In this document: positions 36,207-49,700 of the stretch, piece after piece
Position numbering within the stretch: position 1 is the stretch's first letter
Layout: every line of letters begins with the position of its first letter
Source: Fistulifera solaris
Taxonomy: Eukaryota
Assembly (NCBI GenBank): GCA_030295235.1
Contig: AP026123.1
Coordinates: forward strand, 1,364,001-1,428,000
Direction: 5' to 3'
DNA: 64,000 nt
Made by a program: the position numbers and the translations under genes
The notes under the pieces: model-generated
Told to the model about the DNA's origin: nothing
The model's input: only the letters and a program-made list of their open reading frames with translations
Databases searched by the model: none

Positions 36207-37097
36207 ATGGGAAAACATTGGCGAACAACAGTCCTGCATATTCTCGTCGTTTTCTCAACAGGGCGCGAAACTTTTTGTTCATCGTCATCTCCTGACCAAG
36301 AATCTCGAACTATTTATGACAGAAGCGAAAGCCCTATACTGGATATTCCATCACGTCAACAGCCGAGTCTAACAAGAAAGCCTGTACTAGAACGCCCTTT
36401 GAGTGAGATACTGGAAAGCCTCACCAAAGACGATGTACCCTCCGACTTTCACCAGCGACTGCTCGACGAAGAACAAGAACAAGCTAAATCTTTACTCGCT
36501 TCACAATCTACCTCGCAGTTTCGAAATGCCGTCAACTTCCTTTTGAAAGTCGCTGGCGCCGGTTCTATTTTGCTGCTAGCTGCACATTTCCTGCAGGGCG
36601 CATCCCTCATCCACGTCTGGAACGATCTTTCTCATGTTTCGAAAATAACAAGCATTCTATGGTTTCCATTCCTCTGGATCCGACCGTCTCATATGCTGGG
36701 GGACTCGTTGTCATTCGCGAAATTCTTTGTCGGGTCTGACCTCAGTTCCTATGTGATAAACAATATGTTGCCCACAATGGGAACTACTTTCAAGCAAATA
36801 ATAACAGCGGAACTATGGGGGCACTTTTGGAAAGTGACGTCGAAGAAGATACGCATTGTGATGGGAAAGCCGCCACGGGATCGTGATAGCGAGCCGGGCG
36901 AATCGTACGTTCCCGAATGGCTGAATACAGGTTACTCCTTCGTCGCGTCTACTGTGGAGAAAGGATGCACAAAACTATTGCAGAAAACCATGCAAAAGCA
37001 CTTTCATCAATCGATTGAGTCAGTTTCATCGTTTGTTATGGTATCGCTACGTGAATCTCTCTTTCAGCCGAAAAGTGGCAACGACCTAGAATTATAA
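36207..37097 (+). CDS. Hypothetical protein with signal-like N-terminus and hydrophobic segments
   Basis: Intact 296-aa ATG ORF; no family recognised. Confidence 0.65.
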   Translation: MGKHWRTTVLHILVVFSTGRETFCSSSSPDQESRTIYDRSESPILDIPSRQQPSLTRKPVLERPLSEILESLTKDDVPSDFHQRLLDEEQEQAKSLLASQSTSQFRNAVNFLLKVAGAGSILLLAAHFLQGASLIHVWNDLSHVSKITSILWFPFLWIRPSHMLGDSLSFAKFFVGSDLSSYVINNMLPTMGTTFKQIITAELWGHFWKVTSKKIRIVMGKPPRDRDSEPGESYVPEWLNTGYSFVASTVEKGCTKLLQKTMQKHFHQSIESVSSFVMVSLRESLFQPKSGNDLEL

Positions 37098-37153
37098 ATG
37101 GACGATTTTTTCATGAAAAGCGATGGCCTAGGCGCTCTATGATAGAGTCAGCC

Positions 37154-37698
37154 TTACGGCTCGTTTACAAATCGCTGGTTGTCGTCGTCACCTTCTTCCT
37201 TGCCTTCCACAATAATGAACTGTTTCAACTCTTCCCAAAGCTTTTCTCTGGCTTCCCCTTCCAACGCTCCATCTAATTTCGCAGATCGCTCCTGACCATC
37301 AGATGCGAACCAAAGCTTTGAAATGTGCGTATCTCCTTCCTCTAATGGTAATGCCGTATCATCAGATATGTAAATAGGAGGGCCTTTGTCGAGCAGCCGT
37401 CGCAACTCGGCTTGGCAGTCCGTTTTCTTGACTCGTTCTACATATTGATGAAATTGCTCGTCCAGCAGCTTTTGTACGACTTCTAGTTCAAAAAGGGAAG
37501 GTTTCCATTTCAAGCTGGGGAATGACTGATACTCGACTGATAAAATTGCAAATTCGTTGAGTGATTATGAGCAAAATAGTGACATTTGAACATAAAGGAA
37601 CGCTCACCGTAATTTCCGTCTCCTACTGTTATATCTTCCATAGTGCAAATGCAGCACATCCCCTCTGGAGGCGTTCCATGTTCATCACTGCTTGGCAT
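37154..37698 (-). CDS. Hypothetical protein with CxxC motif
   Basis: MPSS..CCICTMEDI..GNY, intron 37537-37607, then VEYQSFPS..W.PS...TDCQAELRRLL..GPP; splicing restores one frame. Confidence 0.7.
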
Positions 37699-38002
37699 TA
37701 TAGAAGGAGAAATAGCGGTTTGTTGTTCTAAAATTATTGAGGAATATGTATGATAAAGAGACGACAAAACAATAATAATGTTGTGACGAGGGGAATTGCA
37801 TGTGAATTGTGAAAGCACTTTTCCGTTGGAAAAGTCACGCGCACGGAGGATTTCGAAATATTCGTATTTCATCTACGACAGGTCTTTATCGATGGTTCTT
37901 TTTCGATAAAAAGGATACCTGCTTTATTTCTAAGCATATGGATTTTATTTCAAGTGAAACGAATGGATATTGATTGTTTTACGGCATTTACAACTTTTGG
38001 CT

Positions 38003-38942
38003 TCGGCTTGCCGCCGCCTACGACGTCCCCAGTACACTTTCTACGCAGACGATGCTTCGGCGCTCTCATGTCTCTTTTCTAGGTTTTGACAAGCGTCAAC
38101 CATCCCTCGGACACCCACCTCTCACGGAAATTATCGCAGTTTGTATATTCAAAGGTTCATTAGGCGATTAGAGAACCTAAGCATCGGAGAAGCATGTTTT
38201 TCATGCAGATACACATTTGAAGGCCGCTCGCCGCTGCCTACGACGATCCCAGTACACTTTCTACGGAGACGACGCTTCGGCGCTCTCACGTTACTCTCTT
38301 TGGTCTTGACACACGTCGACCATCCCTCGGACACCTAGCTCTTGCGGAAATTATCGCATTTTCAACTTATATCAAGGGGTCACTAATCGAATGGAGAACC
38401 TAAGCATGGAGAACAAAAGCATGGAGAATCAATCACAGCATCGGAGAATACAACACACGGGCAATTCTAAGCATCGAAGAAGCAGGCTATGTATGAATTA
38501 GCAAGTTTGACCTCGGCTCGCTGCCGCCTACAACGATCCCAGTACACTTTCTACGCAGACGACGCTTTGGCGCTCTCACGTTATTCTCTTTGGTCTTGAC
38601 ACACGTCGACCATCCCTCGGACACCTAGCTCTTGCGGAAATTATCGCATTTTCAACTTATATCAAGGGGTCACTAATCGAATGGAGAACCTAAGCATGGA
38701 GAACAAAAGCATGGAGAATCAATCACAGCATCGGAGAATACAACACACGGGCAATTCTAAGCATCGAAGAAGCAGGCTATGTATGAATTAGCAAGTTTGA
38801 CCTCGGCTCGCTGCCGCCTACAACGATCCCAGTACACTTTCTACGCAGACGACGCTTTGGCGCTCTCACGTTACTTTCTTTGGTCTTGACACACGTCGAC
38901 CATCCCTCGGACACCTAGCTCTCACGGAAATCATCGCATTTT
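38003..38942. repeat. Tandem repeat, periods 220/290/290 bp, with internal AGCAT(C)GGAGAA sub-repeats
   Basis: CYGCYGCCTA at 38011, 38231, 38521 and 38811; units 2-4 nearly identical. Confidence 0.93.
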
Positions 38943-39127
38943 GACAACAAAATCGGATGTCCATTTTGATGGGCAACCAGTCTGAATCAGTTCTAGCGGT
39001 CTACTTCGACAAGAGTAAATCCCTACAACGTGGATAGGACTTAAAATATAATTTCAAATTGTTATTGTTGTTGTTATTGTGAATTGTGAAAGCGTCGCGA
39101 TCTTGCTTGATCGTCATTACAAAGTAT

Positions 39128-39227
39128 TCATGACTGGAACGCAGTCGCGGTAGAGCTGAGCCCACATTTTGGAGCTATAGTAATACGGTAGACAAAGAAA
39201 CCGTAAACCAACACTTTGGCCTATAGT
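39128..39227 (+). repeat. Dispersed hairpin element copy with duplicated second box
   Basis: TCATGACTGGAACGCAGTCGCGG..ACATTTTGGAGCTATAGT (39128-39181) plus ACACTTTGGCCTATAGT (39211-39227). Confidence 0.8.
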
Positions 39228-39436
39228 AATTAACACGTAACATCGACAATAAAAATGAGGCGGTGCGTTTTGCAAAATAATTTTAAAAACGATAACGACA
39301 ATTGCGTATTGTGGTTCATGAACTTGCAGAGTGATTATTAAATGACTGTGTGCGAGGAAACGGGCAGAACGTAAGCCCGATAGCAGAATTCTGACTTCTG
39401 TCGGCGTAGTCGTCAAGCAGATGATTTCGCTATACG

Positions 39437-41045
39437 TTACTCGTAAAGAGCATAGAGTTCACCATCACTTGCATCACAGTTCATGCTATTCGTCCGATTG
39501 CTCTGATCGAGTGCTTGATCCTCGATACTGATGTAGTCATTGTTCCCCGCCAGAACACGGAATTTATCCATGATTGGCTTGATATCATCATACGTCACCT
39601 TCTGCAATACGAGCAAGGACGCCAAGGCAAACTCATACTGATCGATCTTGTCGTCATGCTCTTCAGCCTGCATATCAATAATGAGACCTTCACTAACTTC
39701 ACGACGATCCCAGGCGTATTGTCGACGGACGGCGCCGATTTCTCTGGACAATGAGCCGAGGCGACCCAAGGAATCGCCAACAAAGTAGGTCGAAAATACC
39801 AAGAAGATAATCTGCACCCATCGCATATCGAAGGGCATATCGAGATCACCGTACTACGATCAAAGAGCCGTTGCATGAGTCATCGATGCAAAAAACTGAT
39901 CTTTTTTATTCATTGTCACTTACCCCGATGGTGGTGGTTGTTTGAACCGCCCAGTAAAAGGTTGTCATCCACGTCCACTGTTGAGTTTCTTCTTCAGAAA
40001 GCCTGACAAAGATTCGAGCCAAAAGAACTCCGATCAAGTTTAGGGCCAAAAATTCGACCGCAATAATGGAAAACTTGACCATGTAGGTGCGATGGATCAG
40101 TTGATACAGAAACTTTTCCTTATCGACACTACGAACAAAGTGATCCATGGCCCAATCATGCATCCTATCGAGTGGGTTTCCAGTCGAAGATACGACGGCA
40201 GATATCGCAGTCACTAGCACCGCCATACTTAAAATCATGTACAGGATGCCCATCAAAACGTGCCATCGTGGTTGCTCCAAGTTGGCATCGATGACCGAAA
40301 CATCGCCGTATCTGAAGAAGAAGGGGAAAGTGAGACGACATGTTCTCAATCTAATTCACGTTTAGTTCAAGCGTTGAATAGCTTACCCCACTGTGGACAG
40401 CGTTGCCGAGGCGAAGTACATGGCGGTGAGCCAGCCAGCGTAAGGGCCGCGTTCAGGAATGTTAGGACACACTTTTTCGTCATCAACAATCCAACAAAAG
40501 AAGACTGGGGTGAAAAAGTAGTACGCCAAAACAGTTAGCAAGTATTTCGCGAAAGGATTTCGGAGCCAGGGCCACCAACTGATGATTCTCGTGTAATAGA
40601 ATGAGAAATCCTGATAGTAGAAGTAATTGTGCTTGATTTCGGAGGTGACGCGTTCAACGCCTTTCTCCAAAACAGAAAGCAACATTTCAGATTCATTTGG
40701 GAAGCCAAAGATTTCAAAGAAAGAAGCCACTTGACTTCTGGGCGATTGCACTTCTTCGCGCAACTCGTCGCGGAATCGAAGCAAATCTTCGAGATGAATT
40801 CTCGTCTTATGGTTCCGTTGTGAAGCTATCTCGCGGCACTTCTCGAGGAATCGCTTGCGTACAGCAAATGTGATAGGAATACGATTTTCTCGCTTTTTTT
40901 GCATCCGAAGGGCAATATCCTCTACTTCAGACATTTTGACGGCGCTCGTTTTGAGTGGATGTTCTGCCTGATAGCGCTGCAATCCGTTTTCCAATGCGAT
41001 GAGCTGGGCGCTTTTGTCCCCGTTGATCATAACTTCCTTTGCCAT
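39437..41045 (-). CDS. Two-pore-domain (TPK/K2P-like) potassium channel
   Basis: Two pore loops, TLSTVGYGD and TTTIGYGD, each completed by splicing (introns 40312-40386 and 39854-39923); EF-hand-like DKIDQYEF. Confidence 0.9.
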
Positions 41046-41481
41046 GATGATTCAGAGTACTATCGTTGAGTTTGCTAAGGTTATCTTTCTTTGGCGTTTT
41101 TACTTCTATCCATGTGGTTGCGATCGGAATTATGATATTTTGTTGAAATTGTGGAGGCAAAAAGTGTCCGTAGTCGGGATAAAGAATTCGGATAGAGTTC
41201 GACGGAAATCATCTTAGTTTGTGAGTTTTTACTTGTGGTACAGTCCATGTAGTATCATGTATAATGTATACTATTTGAGTACCGTTTAGGGGAGTTGACG
41301 GATTGTATACTGTAGCTCTTGCAGTACAAAGACTGTGTGTCAGTCACTAGTATCAGGGACTGCTACGATGATACTACGTATATTATGATGATGTAACAAC
41401 AAACAGCAAAACACTTGGAGTATAGATTATGATCAAACCAATCCATACGTTGCAGCCTACTTGATACGATAAGTCAATAGA

Positions 41482-42426
41482 ATGGATCCGCGTTCCGTTA
41501 AGCGCCCGAGAAGCTCAACACCGACCAAAGGCGGTAAGTTATTGTTGCACCACTGTTGCTCGATGCGAAACATCCTCATTTTTGCCTTTGACTTCATCCA
41601 AGATGCTATACAGAAAAAGAAAATAAAGAGCTCGAAGAAGAGTAAGAATAAGAAGAAAGTACAGTTACCAGAAGCGGTTTCTGGTACTACGAAAACGAAA
41701 CAAAATGCGTCTTCTCTAGACGAGTAAGTCTTCATACTCCTTCGTGTCCTTTCTGTTTTCATTATGTATGTGCCTCATCATCATGGTTCCCACAGAACAG
41801 CGACAGCGGAAGGCCAGATGATGTCACAGATGCTTTCAACTTTCTCCGCTATCGAACAGTCGCGATTTGAAGCATACAAACGCGCGAAACTGAATCACCC
41901 TGCCGTAGAACAATGGGTGGCAGCATGCTTGTCGCATCACATGTCGCTGGAAGGCCCTGGCCGTCCATTATCTGATCTGGTGACCCCGGGAAGTCACCGA
42001 GAGATTACGATGGTCGTGGCGACGGCCGCGAAAATATACGCGCAACGTCTGGTGGCGGCCGCGTTAAAAGCGGAACGTCCGGGGGCGCCGTTGTCACCCG
42101 AAACTCTGTGGAAAGTGTTACAAGAACGGAGACGGAATGGCACAGATCCAGGTTTCTACTTACAAAAGAATGAGTCTATACAATTGAATGCGCCCCATTC
42201 GCTTAAAATTTACGAACAGCGTCGACTCGCTGGGTTGGCGGCGCAAGAGGCGTATGATGCAAAGTTTGCGACAGAGTTATCAGAGCAGACAGATGAAAGT
42301 GCAACCGTAAAAAATGAAGCGAGTGGTACTGCAGAAGAAAGTGGGTCCGATGGAAAGGAGGATAATAAAGCGGTCGTCGAGATTGAAGTGAAAGACGAAG
42401 ATTTCATGGACGAGGCCGACGATTGA
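41482..42426 (+). CDS. TAF11: TAF11-like histone-fold TFIID subunit
   Basis: FSAIEQSRFEAYKRAKL...MVVATAAKIYAQRLV; introns 41534-41602 and 41724-41795. Confidence 0.7.
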
Positions 42427-42485
42427 GGGACAAATCAAACTAAAAACTAATCTATTTCACGCAAACTATTTTAATTACCGTGAAA

Positions 42486-42934
42486 TCATGTATATAGTAT
42501 TAAAAGAAATAAAACAATGGCTATCACGATCAGAGTCAAAATCAGCATAAAATTTTGCGTGCCCCCAGATTTTTCAATAAATTCTTTCGTCTTTTGCGTG
42601 ACGTAATCAAGAGTGTTCCCCGCTTCCTCTAAATCACGATCCATATCATCTAACATTTGATTTTGCTGGTTGAGTTCGTCGGAAATAGCCATGGAAAGAT
42701 TTCCCAATCGCTCCGCCGATTGAGCCAACATTCTAAGCCTTGATCTTGTTGTTGCATTAGTTGCTGCTGGCGCTGCATGCCCCCGACGTCATCTCTGTAA
42801 TTTCCATGATTACTGCTGCTACGAGAAGTACTCGGGCGGTTGACAAAGTCTTGTTCATCTTCGCTACTGTCATCGCTAAAGTCATCGAGAGAAATTTTAC
42901 TGTAGTCCGGATTCTTATTGTTGTTCGCGAACAT
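42486..42934 (-). CDS. Qc-type t-SNARE (syntaxin-6/8-like)
   Basis: QQDQGL..LAQSAERLGNLSMAISDELNQQNQMLDDM plus C-terminal TM; one frameshift near 42732. Confidence 0.8.
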
Positions 42935-43448
42935 TGTGTAATCTGTAGAAAGATCTCAAGACGCCATTCACCTGACGATTTAGTATCTCTTCTTGGAGAA
43001 GTCTTTAATAATATGGTCGTCTATTTGATTCAAGAAAACAATCAGCAGCAGCGGCGGCTTTGTTGCATGAATGTGAAATGCGCCCATGGTGGGAAAATTT
43101 TGCGCTTGCCGAGCGTTGACCGTCGCGGTAACCTTATTCGTAAAACGCGACAAAACTGTTGTTGCTTATACTGATCGAAACCGGAATGACTAACCTTAAT
43201 GACAAATGATCCTTTTGAATGACTTTGCGTCACACACGTGACTAAATCAAGACTACTTATACTCGTACGTGTTTTACTTCCACTTGGCACCACAAAACAT
43301 TTCAAAAATTTCAACAACAGCAAAAACAAAAGCGTGAACTTCAACGACACAACAGAGAAGGGACATCAACCAGAACCCTCTCTTTTGCCCTAATCGAAAT
43401 TCGGAACCAGTTACACTTTTGAGTTCTTTGCAGAAATTTCGTTTCACC

Positions 43449-44490
43449 ATGATGTGCAACAACTGGCGAATAGTGCCGCTTCTGGCCCTTGTCGTTACTT
43501 TGTCCTCGAACACCGACGCTTTTGTGCTGCCGTCGGCTCGGTCGACTTTTTCCACTATCGGCTTCTACGACTTCACTGCACGCAGCGGCCGTATCGAACC
43601 CTTTCAAACGCTTGCCCTGGGTAGTACAAAAGGAAAAAGAAAAAAGAAGCTCGTCGAATGAAACAAGAGCGGGCCAAGTTGCACCGAGAGCTCGGAATTG
43701 CCGAAGATGCGACCTACGAAGAAATTGTCGCCGCCACAGATATGCTGATTGCACAAGTAGGGTCAGATCTTAAAGCAAAAGTCAAGATCGAAATTGCTAA
43801 AGACAGAATTTTGCAGATCCGATTGAACGAAAGATTGGCTGGTTTGGCAGCGGAAAGCAAAGAAGCGCGGGCCATGTCGAGCTATGAACTGGAAGGGTAA
43901 GTTTTGTTATTGAGAAAACTGCCGTGTATCTGTTTTCTGCTGGTATCTTGTCGAATAATGTATGTTTGAAACCCGCTAATGAGTTCCTGCTTTATGTTTT
44001 CCGTGTACATCTTCAACGCCTCTGAATTTACAGAATCGACGAAGATGACAAACCAAAGGCTGCGAAAGAATGGAATGCACCGCGTTGGACACAAGGGCTT
44101 GTTGTAAAGCCCGACGAGCAGCACTTGAAATCACAGATTCGATTGTGGGGAATTGTAACGGCTATTGGTGTTGCTCTTCCACCAGCCCAGGAATACTTGG
44201 GCCGATTCACGTGGTTGATATGTGTTGCTCAGCTCACATTCCGTGGTATGCCTCGCGATCAAATGGAAGGCGGAGGTATGGGAATGAGTTTCAATGCGGG
44301 TGGTAAAGGCGGTCACCGAAAGGTGGCCTTCGCCCTGGGTTTCGCTACCTGGGTGGTCGGTGCCATCATTTCGTACGGTTTGATGCCCTCGTGGGCCCGC
44401 GGACAGCGATGGTCCGCCACACTTGGCTTTACCATGCAGAATCTTATCTTTGGTGTAGTGTCTTCGTATCTACAACCATACAAAGGATAA
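43449..44490 (+). CDS. CPP1: Plastid-targeted CPP1 (chaperone-like protein of POR1)-like J-like membrane protein
   Basis: Signal + TDA-FV motif; ELGIAEDATYEEI...KIEIAKDRILQIRL; intron 43897-44033; C-terminal TMs; frameshift in the A-run ~43640. Confidence 0.7.
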
Positions 44491-44587
44491 AGAATTAATA
44501 ATAAAAGATCTGTTTATTTCCGTACCTAGATTTAATGACTCGTTCCGAGTGATGCAGACTATGATGCGAGGAAGCTGAAGCAATGTC

Positions 44588-45659
44588 TCACTGATCTGGA
44601 TGTGTTTTCCATATCCGAATAGTTCCATCTTCGGATCCTGACGCGTAGGTGGAGCCGTCGGGTGAGTATCGAAGGCAACGGATGGGTCCATGGTGCCCTT
44701 TGTGACACTCCAGCTCTTGCCCGGTGGCCGTAGCAAAGACCCGGACCCACAAATCGCTACCTCCCGCTACAAACAATTCACCGGATGGATGCAACGAGAC
44801 ACCGCCTTCCTCTCGAAAATGAATGGGCATTTTGTACGAATGCATCAAGGATCGGTCCGCCAGGTTGAAAAAGTATACTTTGTCGCCTGCTGCCACGGAA
44901 AGTATCTGACGCGAAGCAGTGGTGTTCGTGATTTCCATATCGCGGATTTCCACTCCGTCTTCAGTTTTTAAAACGTGTATCAGATTCCCCGGGGACTTGA
45001 GAGAATCGATCTGCCAAAATCGAATACAACCATCGGCGCCACCCGCCAACAAAACATTATTGGACAGCCAAGAGCATTTGTTTATCCCAATCTTCGAACC
45101 AGAGGACTGGGGGATCTCCAGCGGTGCGTTCTTTGGGTAAAGTAAATCATAAATTCGAATGATTCCTTCGTGCCCGCCAGTCGCGAGCCACTTACTATTG
45201 GGTGTAAAGTCACAAGTCTTTACAATATGGTTGTGGGGCAACTGGTACAAATCCTTGCCTGTGATGGCATCCCAGACATGAACACTATAGTCACCGCTCG
45301 CGGTTGCTGCTAAATTCCCTGACGGATCGAGTCGACAGCACCATACGGCGCCTTTGTGGCCTACAAACGTACCGATCCAATCGCCTGTGATTCCGTCTCG
45401 AACCATCGGTTTCTTATCTATGGCAACAAATCAGGAGGTTAGATGGCATTGAGTTTCCTACTTTGGTCGATTTGGCCAGCGCATACGCTTTACAACGAAA
45501 AGCTTCAAGCGCCTTACCATGACAGGCCGAAATGAGCAGAGTTCTGTTTTCCCCCGACACATGGATAAATTGGAGCTCGGCGAGAGGTCGGGTGTGTCCG
45601 GGACAAACGATAGGGATCTGGCGACCCTGATTCTTGTCAGCGGTATCATCCGCGCCCAT
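44588..45659 (-). CDS. STRAP: WD40 protein STRAP/UNRIP
   Basis: IVCPGHTRP...LISACH, intron 45418-45517, DKKPMVRDGITGDWIGTFVGHKGAVW; YASGSEDGTIRIW. Confidence 0.92.
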
Positions 45660-46740
45660 GTTTCTGTTATTATCAACTCAAAAAGCTAGGCTTTCAGTAG
45701 AAATAATGAAAAAGCGGAACGATTTTTGCTTGCCTCGCATGCTGCGTTTTTGAATGTCATTATTGCGATGCTGTAAGTTAGTACAGTAACACTCAAAACT
45801 CCAAACCTCCAAACACGGTTTTCGCCTAATGAAGTCAAAGCCACTCAGCACGGAAGATAACACTAAAAGCGATACTCCTAAAATATGGCACCAGTCCCGG
45901 ATAAAATTAGTTTTTCTTTAGTCACGAATCCTTTAAGTGGGCGCAGTCTGTCCGTGCACCCTCGACGACATTTTTATAACCCACTACGACATGGAAAGAA
46001 AGAGGAGTACCGCTCCAAAACAACATATACTTACAAGATTTATATGACAGAGCTCTGTACTTTGTAGCCTTACTGTGATGAGACTCGTAACATTGGGCAA
46101 AAAAATGCAAGGGGATTGCCCATGATTTTTTGGCTAATTTGGCTCATTGTTTGCCACAACAACAGGTGAGGAAATTGTTGACCTCTAAAGGATACTCTTC
46201 CCGTTCTGCACGATTTTCTCATTTAAACTTTCAATAGTGCTAATGAACGTACGGTGACGGTGAGAAATGAGGCCCAAGCCGTTCAGAAACTGCTTGAAAA
46301 GCTCAATATTGCGCCTTTTCAAAGACACTGGTCGAGCAATTACAGTGCGCCAGCAGATACTCCCTCGCAATGCCTTGAGCCGTAGATACCCTCATTTTCC
46401 TTCGGTTTCGGGTATACTGCACTGCATGACCATCGGCGTTCGATGCGGCGTCCAAGAATCCATCTCAAACCCATTGAGAAGAAGGAAGATACAACGGACG
46501 ATTGGAGCGAAACCCTCACTGGGATAGCTGAGCAACATGCTGTAATGAATAACCATTAGGACTCTTCTAGCGTGAGAATTGTCGTCTTGATGTCATTCTT
46601 GATTATGCTACTATGAGAATTATCAAGTATTCTAAATGTCTACGTGCATTTATTTCATATCCTTCGGAAATACTCTTCAAATTATAACCTTACATTTGTT
46701 TATTTATCTTCGCCGAAACAACAACCAGAATGTTGGTGAC

Positions 46741-49700
46741 TTAAAATGAAGGCGATCGCGTTCTTACTTTCTGACCGTTCGAATCCGAAAGCCGCAAGTT
46801 CCCACGTGCATGAGATCGAGCAGGTGAATCATTCGTCATTCTGAGTTTCACAGCACAAGCAGAGATTGAAATGACATTATACACTTGTGACTTGTATACC
46901 AGTCCACCGGACTCTGCTGGTACAGCGCGGTAGGCTGCGCAGGAAAGAAAACATTGAGACTAATTCATAAAAAGGCTGCAGAAGTGACACTACTCAAAAC
47001 GTACCTAGCATTGCATTGCCACCCAGTGCTGCAACATGGGCGCGGACGATAGCATTGCACTCAGTGACGAAACGGTTGAATTCTCTTGCTTCTAGGCCAC
47101 GTGATTCACGAATGAAATGGAAGCTTAGCAGACCGAGATACTCTGTGATTTCACCACCTTTGACGTAATGAAGTGGAGTAAGTTCGACTGGAACCTCCTC
47201 AACATTCATTAGCCACTCATTGCTATTAGCAACTGCCTGCCCTTTTCCACCATAGCTACCGCTCTCTCCAACCGAAATCGAAGTCAAAGGTGTCGCTGGA
47301 AGCGGTAACTTCGGAGCATTCGACAACTCCGCGATACTGTCTGTGCGGCTTCTGTGCAAAATCGGTGATAATCTGGGCAACAAAGACTTGGGAGATAGCC
47401 TTCCAGGAACACGAGGACTTAGGTCAATTTGCGCGACTGACGACAGAGCTGATGACCCCTGATCTGAAATGCTTCTTTTGTGAGTTTTCTCCGCAGCCAC
47501 GGTTCGGTGCAGCCTTCGCATTTCATCACTCAACTTATCGACTATAACCGTCGAGCGACAAAGCGCAATAAGCGGTTCTGTCTTGAAAAGCACTTCAATA
47601 CCTTCCTGAATATCCTTTTGAATTAATCTCATCTCAGAATCCTCTCTGCGCCTTACTTCTAGCTCATCTTGTCTGCTGTCATCGGAATCACCCCCTGTCA
47701 TATCTGTCTCGTTAATCTTTTGAGTCGCTTCAAAGCGTCGCTCGAGAATAAGTTTACCAGTGCAAAGAAGCTCGACTTGATCGTCCGGCGTGAGATTTAC
47801 TTGAGTACGGACGCCGCAAATGACAGCCGGGGCGAAATCCTTGATTCTATTGCACAGTTTCGAAAAAAGCTCTTGAAAAAGACTCGAGAAAAGAAGATTG
47901 CTCCTCGTGCCCCTAGTGGCGGGATTCCACTTGAATCGCAGCATGGCCATGACCATTTGTCCGTTGATTTCTTCAGACATTATACCGCCTGATCCCTTTC
48001 CAAACGCGGGAAGATGCGAAGTAGATGCGAGCGATATTCCCTCCGGCAGAGGTTTGTCCAACAAAACACTCAGAAAATCCTCATCTGTTTCGTCATCAAT
48101 CTCAAGCACAAACGGCATCTTGTCATCGCGATACAGCCTCCTCCTTCGCCTTCGACCCATACCATTACCATCATTTCCAAGTTTGGGATCAGCTTTATCG
48201 TCGTGCATGATTTCTTCGCGCAAGTCTTCGAAATCAGACACAACTGAACCTATTGATTTGATTCCGGTATCATCATGAGCAACAAGATCGCCGTAGTCTT
48301 CGAGATCAAGTTCTTGGTCGATCTCTAACACTTCCCTAGCTCCAGTATCAGTGACATTTTTAGTTACCGATTCGCCATCAGCATCATTATCCGTATCGCT
48401 TTCGCTTTGACTGGAAGAGGAGCTCGAAGATGATGTGCTCTCCGAATCAACGCTAGAGAAAGTGCCATCTTCTTCATTTTGCTCAAAAACACCTGGATCA
48501 GTCCTTTCCGATTGTTCAATTCGCAACTGTCGATCCTCAAAACTTCCGGATTGATCGAAAGCTACCGTTCCCAAGACCCGCTGTTGCTCATTTCCCTCAT
48601 CACCTTCCGATTTTCGTAATAAACGTCGAGATTTCTTTGCACTTTCTTTGCGACGCGAAAATTCGGCTCTCGCAGCAGCTCGACGTGCTTGCGCTTTTTT
48701 CAGCTTCAAAGCATGTCTCTTTCTAACACGTTCCGAATGTCGCGCAGCAGCTTCAATCAGGCGTTGCCGATTTCGGTTCGATACGACCTCAATCTGACGC
48801 TGTAACTTTACGACTTGATGATCCTCTTCATCTTGGACGGCAATGGTTCGCTTAATCTCCAGCGGCCTGGGCGCTGGCATTGCGGTACAATAAACCGCCG
48901 TTCCGGTTGCCGTAGACACAATCAATTGTCTGCCTACATCGACCTCAGTCTTCAAACTAAACACGGCATTTCTCCCTAATACCTTCAATTTCACCATGAG
49001 CTGCCGGGCGAGATCATACTCTAAAAAGGGAAGGGCTTCACTAACAGCCAAAGCGTCTGGTTCACCGGTTGCTTTAGGCCTTGATCGACAGACTCGTGCC
49101 TGAATAAAGACTCCTGTACCACGAATTGGTAAATTGCCAGGGGTTTCGACAGTCGAAAAAATGACCTCCGGTACCCACTTTTTACCACAATGGAGACACG
49201 GGACAAGCTTCAAGTTGGTGAATGGTGCGCGACGATGGGAGTAGGGGACATGAACAGCTGTACATGGCTTAGTTCGTCGTCTTCGTAGAGCCTTGACATG
49301 TGTGTCAGTGTTCATGTAGAAAGTGTTGCCATGGTAGCCCGGAGAAGTGGGAGAGCCCTGTTTGGTATCACTTTCATCGTCGCCAAATAAGGGCGGAACA
49401 GGAACGGATTTCGACATCCGTAGATTGCGTCTGGAGCTACGATCCATTACGGCTCGTCTCGATGACGGGCTCGAGGGTGCTTGCAATCCATCCGACAGTC
49501 CTTCGGACAAGCCAGTCATTTCAGATTGTTCCCCTTTGTCCTCACCGGACCGGGAGGTCCACAGCCTCGGCGCGGTCAGATCTGGAAGACCGCGAACGGT
49601 AGCGGCAGTACCTGTGATGGAAAGAATAGCGACATCATCATGAATGGTGGAAGCTTCCAAGTAACCAACAATGTGGGTACAGCAAAGAATCTTGGCATGG

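Noticed and set aside
41309..41349. Possible minus-strand element copy (GTGACTGACACACAGTCT...GAGCTACAGTA)
   Set aside because: The GACTG-N5-CAGTC stem is perfect, but the second box is ~12 nt too close. Not counted without model scoring.
45869..45927. Possible minus-strand element copy (TCGTGACTAA...ATATTTTAGGAGTATCGC)
   Set aside because: It lacks the CAGTC arm and the spacing is ~7 nt too long.
46185..46540. Short ORFs on both strands in the STRAP-C2CD5 gap
   Set aside because: No recognisable motif, and stops occur in all plausible joins.
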